From contig JAISAB010000007.1 in the NCBI GenBank assembly GCA_031266915.1, positions 908 through 64,907 on the forward strand: a stretch of 64,000 nucleotides of DNA, read 5' to 3'. The stretch comes from Rickettsiales bacterium. Lineage in GTDB: Bacteria; Pseudomonadota; Alphaproteobacteria; Rs-D84. Under the pieces are notes generated by a model. That model was not told the DNA's origin and did not search any database. It saw only the letters and a list, made by a program, of their open reading frames with translations. Below, piece after piece: positions 9,953 through 20,517 of the stretch; position 1 is the first letter of the stretch; each line of letters opens with the position of its first letter. A program made the translations under genes and the position numbers.

Positions 9953-12900
9953 ATGTCAAAATTGATAGTCGACGGCAACTGGGCCGCCGCGGACGTCGCG
10001 TACAGGTGCAGTGAATTTTCGGCGATTTACCCGATTACCCCCAGTTCTACAATGGGCGAATTGGCCGACGAGTGGACGTTCCAGCACAAAAAGAACATCT
10101 GGGGCGCCATCCCTGGCGTTATTGAAATGCAATCCGAAGGCGGCGCCGCCGGCGCGGTCCACGGGGCCTTGCAGATGGGCAGCTTGGCGACCACCTTTAC
10201 GGCCAGCCAGGGCCTGTTGCTGATGATTCCGAATATGTACAAGATTGCGGGCGAACAGACCCCGTTCGTCATGCACGTCGCCGCGCGCGCCCTGGCGACG
10301 CATGCGCTGTCCATCTTTGGCGACCACAGCGACGTCATGGCCGTGCGCCAGACGGGATTTGCGCTGCTGTCGTCCCACAATATCCAGCAGGTCGCCGACA
10401 TGGCTGCGATTTCGCACGCCGCGACGCTGCGCGCCCGTGTGCCGTTTCTGCATTTCTTTGACGGTTTCCGCACCAGTCACGAAGAATCCGCGCTGAGCCG
10501 AATCGAAGACGACGTTCTGCGCAAACTGATTTCGTCCAATGATTTGTTGGAATATCGCGCGCGCGGCATGTCGCCCGACTGTCCGACCGTGCGCGGCACG
10601 GCGCAAAATCCGGACGTGTTCTTTCAATCGCGCGAGGCCGCGAACGGCCTGTACGACGCCGCCGCCCACATCGTCGAAACGGTTATGGACGAATTCGCGG
10701 AACTGACGGGTCGCAGGTACGGCTTGGTCGATTACGTCGGCGATAAAAATGCCGAAAACGTCATCGTCGCCATGGGCAGCGCCTGCGAGACAATCGAAGA
10801 AACTTTGCCACATTTGCCCGGCGGTGTCGGATTGCTGAAGATTCATCTGTACCGTCCGTTCCCGACGGCCGCGTTTCTGGCCGCGCTGCCCAAAACAGTC
10901 AAACGCATCGCCGTATTGGACAGGACCAAAGAACCGGGCTCCATAGGCGAACCGCTGTATCTGGACGTGGTCGCCGCAACATCCATTATCAATCATCCAT
11001 TATCCATTTGCGGCGGCCGGTATGGACTGGGCAGCAAGGAATTCAAGCCGCGCGACGTCAAGGCCGTTGTCGAAAACATGATTCTGGGCACGCTGCATCA
11101 TAATTTCACGGTCGGTATCGAAGACGATTTGACGGGCTTGTCATTAAAGACCGACCCGGCGTTCCGTATCGAGCCCATTGACGGCAACCCGCGCGCCATG
11201 CTGATGTACGGTATCGGTTCGGACGGCACGGTGGGCGCCGTTAAAAACATCGTAAAGATTGTCGGCGATAATTCCGACTTGTATCCGCAGAGCTATGCGG
11301 TCTATGATTCCAAGAAATCTGGCGGCCTGACCGCGTCGCACTTGCGTTTCTGGGACCGTTCGATTCAGGCGCAATATCTGGTGGAATCCGCGGACTTTAT
11401 TTCCGTGTCGAACTTTATGATTGCCCAGCGTTTCGACGTCTTCGGCGCGTTGACGCCGGGCGGCATCGTCATGATTAATACCGGCATGACGCCGGACGCG
11501 GCGTTCGCGAACCTGCCGCGCGACACGCAAGAGCATTTAATCAGAATGCGCGCGCGTGTGTTCTTTCTGGACGCGAATCGCGCCGCGACCGAATTGGGAC
11601 TGGGCAACCGAATCAATACCTTTATCATGCTGAATTTCTTTAATCTGACCAAGATTATCGACCCGGCCATCGCCGCGGCCAGCGCCAAGGACGCCATAGA
11701 AAAATCTTATAAAAAGAAAGGCATGGACGTTGTCCAGGCGAACTGGGCCGCCGTGGACCGGGCGTCGGAATTCCTGACCGAGTACACATTGCCGTCGGGC
11801 GTTTCGAACTTCGCGCCAGAATTCGTTCCGGCAATGACCGCTGACGCGCCGGTCGCGATTGCCGGAACGCTGGGTGAAATCGCGGCGGGGCGGGGGGACG
11901 CGCTGCCGGTGTCTACATTCAAAATCGACGGCGAATTCGGCGCGGGCCAGTTTCCGGTCGGCACGGCCAAATATGAAAAGCGCGCGGTGTCCGACCGCGT
12001 CGCGACATGCGATTTGGAAACATGCATCCAGTGCGGAAAATGCTCGATGCTGTGTCCGCATGCGGCGATTCGCATCAACGTCGTCAAATCAGAAATCAGA
12101 GATCATAAATCAGAAATCAGTTTCGTTCCGATGAAGACGCCGGAACTGGGGCCCGATATGTTCTTTACATTGAACGTTTCGCCGGCCGATTGCACTGGGT
12201 GCAGCATTTGCATCAAGAACTGTCCGGTCAAAGCATTGGCCTTGGCGCCGATGGCGCAGGCATCTGGCGACCAAAAGGCGTTCGACGCGTCCGTCAAACT
12301 GCCGGAATTCCCGCGCGAAAAACTGAACCTGAATATCCCAAAGCATATCGAACTGCTGCCGCATTATTTCGAATTTTCGGGCGCGTGCGCGGGCTGCGGC
12401 GAAACGCCGTATGTCCGGATGCTGACGCGTCTGTTCGGCGACAGGATGGTCGTGGCGAACGCGACGGGATGCTCGTCCATATATGGCGCGAATTTGCCGA
12501 CAACGCCTTGGACGACGGATTCGAACGGCCGCGGGCCGGCCTGGTCCAATTCACTGTTCGAAGACAACGCCGAATACGGCCTGGGGATGCGCGTCGCGCT
12601 GAACCAGAAACGGGCCGCGCTGAAGGGATTGCTGTTCGAATTGAACGTGCCTGATGTCGAAAAGCTGTTCGATGAAAAAAACATCGCCAAGCAGCGCGAG
12701 AATGTTGAGAAGTTAAGAAGCATATTGTCAAATAAGGTCGCAGAGCGCAGAGCGAAGAGCGAAGATATTAAAAAGAATAAATCACCTGCGACCTGCGACC
12801 TGCGCTCTGCGCTCTGCCGCGAAGCGGCCCAGGCCTTGTCATTGCTTAATTCGCTCGTAGATAAGAGCATCTGGATTATCGGCGGCGACGGCTGGGCATA

Positions 12901-13540
12901 CGACATCGGATACGGCGGCTTGGACCATGTCCTGCACAGCGGCGAGAACGTAAACATCCTGGTCCTGGACACCGAGGGATATTCCAACACCGGCGGCCAG
13001 CAGTCCAAATCGACGCCGTTCGGCGCGTCCATGAAATTCGCCATCGGCGGCAAAGAGCACGCCAAGAAAGACCTGGGGATGATTGCGATGATGTCCGGCG
13101 CGTACGTCGCGCAGATTTCGATGGGCGCGAACCAGGCCCAGGCGGCCCGCGCATTTCGCGAGGCCGAGGCCTTTGACGGCCCGTCGATTATCCTGGCCTA
13201 CAGCCCGTGCATCGCGCACGGATTCGCGCTGCAGAACGCCGTCGAACATCAGATGCAGATGGTCCAGACGGGCTCGTGGCCGCTGTATCGCTTTAACCCG
13301 GCGCTGATTGCGTCAGGCCAGAACCCGCTGATTATGGATTCGAACCACGATAATCCGACGGACTTGAACGATTTCTTGAAAACCGAAAGCCGCTTTGGCG
13401 CCGCGCGCGCCGTGAATTCCAACTTTGACAAGTTGGTCAGGGCCGCCGAATCGGACAACGAATACCGGCGAGAGTTGAAAAAACACATTGCGAACTTCGC
13501 CATGATGCGCAACAGTGTCAAAGAAGATGGCGAGGGGTAA
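9953..13540 (+). CDS. nifJ: Pyruvate:ferredoxin/flavodoxin oxidoreductase
   Basis: AIYPITPSS, EMQSEGGAAG, HFFDGFRTSHE, two CxxCxxCxxxCP clusters, GACAGCGE, GGDGWAYDIG. Confidence 0.97.
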   Translation: MSKLIVDGNWAAADVAYRCSEFSAIYPITPSSTMGELADEWTFQHKKNIWGAIPGVIEMQSEGGAAGAVHGALQMGSLATTFTASQGLLLMIPNMYKIAGEQTPFVMHVAARALATHALSIFGDHSDVMAVRQTGFALLSSHNIQQVADMAAISHAATLRARVPFLHFFDGFRTSHEESALSRIEDDVLRKLISSNDLLEYRARGMSPDCPTVRGTAQNPDVFFQSREAANGLYDAAAHIVETVMDEFAELTGRRYGLVDYVGDKNAENVIVAMGSACETIEETLPHLPGGVGLLKIHLYRPFPTAAFLAALPKTVKRIAVLDRTKEPGSIGEPLYLDVVAATSIINHPLSICGGRYGLGSKEFKPRDVKAVVENMILGTLHHNFTVGIEDDLTGLSLKTDPAFRIEPIDGNPRAMLMYGIGSDGTVGAVKNIVKIVGDNSDLYPQSYAVYDSKKSGGLTASHLRFWDRSIQAQYLVESADFISVSNFMIAQRFDVFGALTPGGIVMINTGMTPDAAFANLPRDTQEHLIRMRARVFFLDANRAATELGLGNRINTFIMLNFFNLTKIIDPAIAAASAKDAIEKSYKKKGMDVVQANWAAVDRASEFLTEYTLPSGVSNFAPEFVPAMTADAPVAIAGTLGEIAAGRGDALPVSTFKIDGEFGAGQFPVGTAKYEKRAVSDRVATCDLETCIQCGKCSMLCPHAAIRINVVKSEIRDHKSEISFVPMKTPELGPDMFFTLNVSPADCTGCSICIKNCPVKALALAPMAQASGDQKAFDASVKLPEFPREKLNLNIPKHIELLPHYFEFSGACAGCGETPYVRMLTRLFGDRMVVANATGCSSIYGANLPTTPWTTDSNGRGPAWSNSLFEDNAEYGLGMRVALNQKRAALKGLLFELNVPDVEKLFDEKNIAKQRENVEKLRSILSNKVAERRAKSEDIKKNKSPATCDLRSALCREAAQALSLLNSLVDKSIWIIGGDGWAYDIGYGGLDHVLHSGENVNILVLDTEGYSNTGGQQSKSTPFGASMKFAIGGKEHAKKDLGMIAMMSGAYVAQISMGANQAQAARAFREAEAFDGPSIILAYSPCIAHGFALQNAVEHQMQMVQTGSWPLYRFNPALIASGQNPLIMDSNHDNPTDLNDFLKTESRFGAARAVNSNFDKLVRAAESDNEYRRELKKHIANFAMMRNSVKEDGEG

Positions 13541-13542
13541 AA

Positions 13543-13812
13543 ATGACAAACTGGCACGATAATCTTGTAGCGGTTAAGTCAGACGGATTAGGCGATTGTT
13601 CGGCCTGTTGCTTTCGCGGATTGAAACCTTGCGACAGGCTTGTGTCGCTGGGGCTTTGCGAATCCGTGCCTATGACGTTCTGGCTGTATTGGGATGTCAA
13701 GGATGGGCCGCAGTCGCAGGTTAATCAGATGTGCAAAAACATTGCTGAATTGAATGACGCGGACCTTAGTCTGATATTGCGGGAAAAAATAAAAAACGCG
13801 ATAACAAGATAA
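13543..13812 (+). CDS. Small Cys-containing hypothetical protein
   Basis: 89-aa ORF immediately after the nifJ stop with GAGGGG RBS. Confidence 0.5.
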   Translation: MTNWHDNLVAVKSDGLGDCSACCFRGLKPCDRLVSLGLCESVPMTFWLYWDVKDGPQSQVNQMCKNIAELNDADLSLILREKIKNAITR

Positions 13813-13819
13813 GTAAAAC

Positions 13820-13960
13820 ATGCTGTACACCAGTTATTTTTCTTTTGCGCGAAATGTGCCGCCGGAATTCTTGGTGTCAATCGCCGGGAAAATTCTGCCA
13901 TCGTCATCTTGTCGCGGATTGGCTGAATAAAAACACTGGCATTGCCGTGACGGAATTGTC
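13820..13960 (+). pseudogene. Internally deleted remnant of a DUF488-like protein
   Basis: MLYTSYF...LVSIAG start joined out of frame to FCHRHLVADWL end; the middle of the protein is missing. Confidence 0.55.
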
Positions 13961-13988
13961 TATGATGACACAGGTCAGGATTTATAAA

Positions 13989-14432
13989 ATGAAAAGAATA
14001 TTTACTATTTGCTATTTGATAATTGCTATTTGCGCCACCAGCGCTTGTACTTTTCAGACCAAGCATCGCGGATACATTTTCCCGGAAAATTTGGAATCCG
14101 AAATCGCATCGGTCAAGACTACCAGAACCTTGGAAAATTGGCTGGGCAGCCCCCAGGTCAAGACCGTTTACGGTTCCGATGTCTGGGTTTACTATGGCGC
14201 GAACGAGAATTATCACGGCCCATTTCCGGTGACTTATGACAAAAAGACGGTTTTGCTGGCCTGGGTCGACGGCGGCAGAATCACAAGAACCAAGGTTTTG
14301 CATGACGCGGATTTGCCGGCGGTCGAATTGGCGTCCGGCGAAACGGAAATCCCGGCGGCAATCGAACTGAACGCACTGCAGGAATTGTTTAATAATGTTG
14401 GGCGCTTTACCCCCGCCGGCCTGGGCCAATAG
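13989..14432 (+). CDS. bamE: Outer membrane protein assembly factor BamE (lipoprotein)
   Basis: Lipobox TSAC, HRGY, LGSPQVKTVYGSDVWVY (SmpA/OmlA-like). Confidence 0.8.
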   Translation: MKRIFTICYLIIAICATSACTFQTKHRGYIFPENLESEIASVKTTRTLENWLGSPQVKTVYGSDVWVYYGANENYHGPFPVTYDKKTVLLAWVDGGRITRTKVLHDADLPAVELASGETEIPAAIELNALQELFNNVGRFTPAGLGQ

Positions 14433-14772
14433 AGATTCTATGGACGCCTGCTTGTTTTGACTGCCGGGTCGTGTACGTCTTTGTACACTCCCCTTTGGTC
14501 AAAACGGCGCATTCGTCTCATATAATCTCTATTGGCGATTGCCAGGAGTGTTGGTCGCGTTCTCATCCCCTCGTGTATGTTTCAATACACGTCGGGTCTG
14601 CGAAACACTTCCCACCGCCGCGCATAAATCTCATTGGCAACCGCTAGGGGTCGTGTACGTAAGTGTTGTATAAAAACACGTTGTGTTTTTACATTGTGGG
14701 GGCGCCCTACACCCCGTCCTCTGGTCAAAACGGCGCATTCGTCTCATATAATCTTTATTGGCGATTGCAAGG
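14432..14772. repeat. Composite palindromic repeat cluster with a 47-bp direct repeat
   Basis: tggtcaaaacggcgcattcgtctcatataatct(c/t)tattggcgattgc at 14496-14542 and 14722-14768, one mismatch. Confidence 0.8.
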
Positions 14773-14833
14773 GGCCACTTATTTGCTATTTTAGTATTGT
14801 TTAACCTGTGGAAATTGTGATACAATAGAAAAT

Positions 14834-15403
14834 ATGAAGATAAAGTCATTTGCTATTTGCTATTTGCTATTTGCTATTTTCGCCGTCGGCGCCACCGGCG
14901 CGGCGAATGCCGCCGATGAGAAATTCCTGTCATGCGGGCCGGGCTATGTTTTGGCCGCAAAATCCAAAACGGATGGCGTCAATGTTTCCGAATGCCAAAG
15001 ACTGTGGTGCCGCGATTTGGAAAACGGCAAGTCCATGGGCGGCGGCAATTCAGCCGCCGCCGGTTATAAATCTGTGGGCGCGGCGGTCGAGCTGTGCGAT
15101 TCGAACAACAACTGCGTCGAATGCTTTGGCGATAGGAAATGGTGTTCCGGCGAACCAGCCGGCATATGGAATCCCGAATACGGCGCTTATACGCGCGGCG
15201 GCGGCGATACCGCCGCATACATGTCTTATCAAAAAGGCGACTGCTTTGCGTGGCGCTTGGAAAAGCCGAACTGCGAGGGCGGCGAGCAGGCTATTTTGAA
15301 AGACGGCGAGTGGGTCTGCGTGACGTCCAGCAATGCGTCCACTGTCGGCAGCCGGCCGTCCGCCATCCGCCGAACCGGAACGATTCGCAGGGCAATCCGG
15401 TAA
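14834..15403 (+). CDS. Secreted cysteine-rich hypothetical protein
   Basis: Signal peptide partly encoded by (TTTGCTA)n; many paired Cys. Confidence 0.8.
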   Translation: MKIKSFAICYLLFAIFAVGATGAANAADEKFLSCGPGYVLAAKSKTDGVNVSECQRLWCRDLENGKSMGGGNSAAAGYKSVGAAVELCDSNNNCVECFGDRKWCSGEPAGIWNPEYGAYTRGGGDTAAYMSYQKGDCFAWRLEKPNCEGGEQAILKDGEWVCVTSSNASTVGSRPSAIRRTGTIRRAIR

Positions 15404-15523
15404 AAGCCGCATTAATGCGTGGTTTTTACTTATAAAAATATTTATTTCCTGATTTGTTTTTTGCTTGATTTTATGGTATAATCAATCTTAATTGAGAGAA
15501 TGGCAACTGTAAAGGGTGTGCCG

Positions 15524-16084
15524 ATGGCTATAAAAAAATTGGATTTCAAGGCTGGACAATATGTCGTTTATCCGACCCAGGGCGTGGGCCGGCTGTTGCG
15601 CGTGGAAGAACAGACGATTGGCGGTCAAAAAATAAAAATGCTTGTAATTGATTTTGAAAAAAACAATATGACGCTGCGCGTGCCGCTGGAAAGAGCCGAG
15701 ATTTCGGGTCTGCGTCCATTGGTCACGAACAGAAAAATGGACGAGGCGATTGCCTCGGCCCGGGGCAAGGCCGGAACCAAGCGCATGATTTGGGCCCGCC
15801 GCGCCGCGCAATACGAAGAAAATATCAATTCCGGCGACCCGATGAAATTGGCCGAGGTTGTGCGCGACCTGCAACGTCGCAACGCTGCGGATACGATGAC
15901 GTTTTCCGGGCGCCAATTGTATCTGCGCGCGTTGGAACGCATGGCCCAGGAATTCGCGGTTCTGCATAAAATGGACATCGACGAAGCGTCCGAGAAAATC
16001 GAGGACATTCTGGGCATCCCAAAGGAAATCGATTTGAACGCCGTCGATGTAGATGAAGACGAAATCGAAGAAGAGGAAACTTAA
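15524..16084 (+). CDS. carD: CarD-family transcription factor
   Basis: FKAGQYVVYPTQGVG, LRVP, INSGD...AEVVRDL. Confidence 0.92.
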   Translation: MAIKKLDFKAGQYVVYPTQGVGRLLRVEEQTIGGQKIKMLVIDFEKNNMTLRVPLERAEISGLRPLVTNRKMDEAIASARGKAGTKRMIWARRAAQYEENINSGDPMKLAEVVRDLQRRNAADTMTFSGRQLYLRALERMAQEFAVLHKMDIDEASEKIEDILGIPKEIDLNAVDVDEDEIEEEET

Positions 16085-16149
16085 TCAGTTACCAAATAAC
16101 AGAGCACAGATAACAATTAACAAATAATAAAGAATAGAGAATAAATGAT

Positions 16150-16225
16150 GTGCTCAGTCTAGGTTCCCTTCACGCGGAGGGGTGGCAGCGTCAGCGGACG
16201 GGGTGGTTCGAGGTTTCGAGATTAT
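16150..16225. repeat. Palindromic repeat family (GTTCCCCTC...GAGGGGTGG...GACGGGGTGG)
   Basis: Related copies at about 29740, 34395-34500, 45595-45755, 46705, 56250 and 61870-61930. Confidence 0.75.
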
Positions 16226-16291
16226 CTCAACTGACAGTAATGTACCTTTTTCGACATTCATTTCTCTTACCGTCAAACCAGCCGTTGTCCA

Positions 16292-17316
16292 TTATCCGCA
16301 ATTCGGGGCGGTGCCGCCGAACCGCGCAAAGTCAATCCATGCGTTGTCGCATATCTCGGACGCAGACAATTGCCGGTTGTAAACACGGACGGACTGGATG
16401 GCCACGTTGTTCCAACTGCTTCTGCCGTCGCGGGACGCCAGAAACAGATAGCCGTTTCGAAATGTGTTATAAATGGCCGTTCCTTTGTGGTACAGACCGC
16501 TGGAGCTAAGCAATTCGCCGTCATGGTACATCAGGCGTCCCGTCGGATTCGGCACTGCGGAATAAGTGTTCGTCATCCTGTGATACGTCATGTCATCCAA
16601 CAAAAGGTTATAGTTATTTGCGCCCGCCGTCGCCGAACCTGAAATATTTTGCACGGTATTGCACACGTTTGGAATCACCGCGCTGCCGCCGTCCGAATTA
16701 AGGTAAACACCGAATGCGCCGGCATTATTGTTCCAATCATTGGGATGATCGAATAGCATCGAACGCTGGTCAAGGGATAATAATTTAAAACTGATTTCCA
16801 CAGTTATCGCATTGTACGAAGACAGGTCCAACATGGCGGTGCTGCGCGCGTATTGCGTTGTTCCGGGACTAAAGGCAATGTCGTTATCATTGATTGTCGG
16901 GGAATTGTACAGTGTGAAATCGTTCCCGTTTCCAGACAAGTCTTTCCATACTTTGGCGCTGGCATTGTGGTTACTGCCGGTATTATTTACAACGTCCAGC
17001 CACAAAATCAGCCCGTCGGATTTGTACTGCTTGGCGGGGACCAGGTTGTCAGCGCACCAGTCCACGGCGTAAGTATTCGCCCATTCCAGTGTGGCGTGCG
17101 CGCCGGCGCCGTAAATTGTCATGCGTTTGTTGCACAGGTCGACGGCCTTTAACAAATACTCCATATTAACGGCCTGGGTGCTGGGCGCGGTGTTTTGAAT
17201 CAGGCATCCCCGGTCGCCATCGCCGCGCTGACATAGCCGACATTGGCACCGGGATAAACATCAGCCGCATGCGCCGGCATCAGGACAAAGGATAAAAGTA
17301 ATAGTAATTTCTTCAT
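16292..17316 (-). pseudogene. Secreted LamG/concanavalin-like protein interrupted by a frameshift near 17203-17220
   Basis: Signal-peptide ORF from ATG 17316 stops at 17200; the shifted frame continues LIQNTAPSTQAVNMEYLL into a LamG-like domain (GLILWLD, WKDLSGNGND, SVRVYNRQLSASEI). Confidence 0.65.
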
Positions 17317-17323
17317 CGAATGA

Positions 17324-17660
17324 TTATGGTGCGGTCGGCAGCGACGCGGTCGGTATCAATGGAATATCGGAAAACGTTTTGACGCCTGAAATAGATTCGG
17401 CGCCTGTTGTTGATACTTTTTGAGACAGGGCGGTCGTCAGTTCTGCGTCCGTTGTCAAATCCGTGACCATTATTCCGCCATCTGACAAATTTCCGGATGC
17501 GTCGAGTGTTGCGATGTTACCCGGGGCGGCGGGGATTTTTTTGTCCGTTTTGTTATTCAAAGGCGCGACGGCAGCATCGACATAAGTTGTTGCCGCGACA
17601 TCGGCAAGGGAAACGGTCGGGGCAAAAACCGCCAGAAATAAAGATAAAAATGCTAAAATA
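17324..17660 (-). CDS. Small secreted protein with a fibre-like motif (start uncertain)
   Basis: Hydrophobic leader, ATTYVDAAV, and VSTTGAESISGVKTFSDIP resembling phage tail-fibre segments. Confidence 0.5.
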
Positions 17661-18034
17661 TGCGGGAATTCGATACTGTATTCAACCCTAGGTTGAATAC
17701 GGAGGGGAGGGGTAAATTTTTGGCCTTTTCCAGACAATCGGAACCCTGGGTTTCGTGCCCATCTATATAATGACCGCGCATACGCGTCGCATCCGAGTAT
17801 GATGAATCCCAAGCACAACCGCGAATCGGGTGACATACTGAAAATCTAACTAAAGTTGAAATTATTATCACGAGAACCCTCCGCACACGCCAAAACAATA
17901 TCAAATAATTGCATTTGGTTCAAGGAGAAAATCGCTGGTTATCCTTTCACTTTACGACAAGCAAACAGATTGTCCCCCTGCTGCTTGACCGCGATACACA
18001 GGTTAATAAATAGGCGAATCTAATTTGAATATTA

Positions 18035-18160
18035 CTGGATTGCCGCGCGACTTGCGTCGCTCGCAATGACACAATGGATATTATGAATCTAAATATCCCA
18101 AGATTAATAACATTATCACTTCATTGTCATTGCGAGCCCGCAGTGCGTGGCAATCCAGTG
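18035..18160. repeat. Palindromic element family GTCATTGCGAG...GCAATCCAG (RPE/REP-like)
   Basis: Inverted pair here; further copies at about 25939-26075, 29797-29833, 34316-34352 and 61960-61990. Confidence 0.8.
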
Positions 18161-18210
18161 ATAAAAAAATCCGGCGATGCCGGATTTTTATCTTATACCA
18201 TTGTGTTTAT

Positions 18211-18669
18211 TTAAAACGGAATGTCGTCGCCGATTTCAGTAACCGAAATCTCTTCGCGCGGGGCGGACGGGGCAGACGGATGGGACGAATAATCGCCCGG
18301 CGCGCCGTCGACGCCCTTGGCGCCGGACAGTATAACCATCTGGCCTGTGAACGGGTTCAAAACAACCTCGGTCGTATAAACATCGACGCCTTGCTGGTTC
18401 TGCCATTTGCGCGTTTTCAAAGTTCCCTCGATATACACCTTGGTTCCTTTTTGCAGCATGCGCTCGGCAACCTCTGCCAAATTAGGATTAAAAACGACGA
18501 CGCGGTGCCACTCGGTCTGTTCTTTCTGTTCGCCGGTCGCCTTGTCGCGCCATCTGTCGCTGGTGGCCAGAGAGAGATTCACGACCTTTTGTCCGCTGCC
18601 CATTGTGCGGACCTGGGGGTCTTGGCCCAAATTGCCGACCAATATTACTTTGTTGATGCTGCCTGCCAT
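18211..18669 (-). CDS. ssb: Single-stranded DNA-binding protein
   Basis: [25 protein letters not shown] and acidic DDIPF tail. Confidence 0.98.
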   Translation of the reverse strand: MAGSINKVILVGNLGQDPQVRTMGSGQKVVNLSLATSDRWRDKATGEQKEQTEWHRVVVFNPNLAEVAERMLQKGTKVYIEGTLKTRKWQNQQGVDVYTTEVVLNPFTGQMVILSGAKGVDGAPGDYSSHPSAPSAPREEISVTEIGDDIPF

Positions 18670-18742
18670 AGTTTCGTCCTTTTTTCGTATATTGCGATTA
18701 TCGCCGGAAACCACAGAAAAATCAAGAGGAAAATTCAAGTAA

Positions 18743-18882
18743 GGTCGAAGAGCGTAGAGCGAAGGTAGAAATCAAAGTTCGAAGAGCGCAATTCGCAGAG
18801 CGCAGGTAGAACAGAGATTTTAAATTACTTTTTTGAACTCTGCACTTTGAACTTTCTACCTTCGCTCTACGCTCTTCGACCT
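18743..18882. repeat. Heptamer inverted-repeat element (GAGCGCA/TGCGCTC family)
   Basis: aggtcgaagagcgtagagcgaaggtagaa versus ttctaccttcgctctacgctcttcgacct. Confidence 0.8.
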
Positions 18883-19076
18883 TATTTCCGGATACTCCAA
18901 AACAACGCCAGCAGCCAGCCGATGACGGTCCAGCCGAATACCCAGCTGGACATTCTGATTATCATCATGTCGCATTTGGCCTTGCCGTTTACGCGGGCCA
19001 AATACGCAGGGGCCAGCATAACGCCGACCACGATGGCGGAACAGATTATGTATTTAAGAATTATCATAAAAAACAT
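18882..19076 (-). CDS. Superinfection immunity (T4 Imm-like) membrane protein
   Basis: LAPAYLAR...VFGWTVIGWLLALFWS signature. Confidence 0.75.
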   Translation of the reverse strand: MFFMIILKYIICSAIVVGVMLAPAYLARVNGKAKCDMMIIRMSSWVFGWTVIGWLLALFWSIRK

Positions 19077-19158
19077 TTAGTTCATAGTGCCTAGTGAATA
19101 GTGATTAGCGGATTAGTTATGCGTTATAAACTATGCACTAATCACTATTTGCTATTTT

Positions 19159-20430
<1,272 letters not shown>

Positions 20431-20517
20431 TTATCCCTTTGTCTTCCTTGCAAAAAGAAATTTATCACATTTTTGTATTTTCAGTCAATGCCGATTTGTG
20501 ATATAATGACCTAAAGA

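Noticed and set aside
14432-14772. Possible CRISPR array
   Set aside because: Only two 47-bp copies 226 bp apart, no regular spacers and no cas genes
17678-17885. Sixth copy of the attenuator leader (hairpin GTATTCAACC-CTA-GGTTGAATAC)
   Set aside because: Structured, but the inner switch hairpin and T-tract terminator could not be matched to the other five
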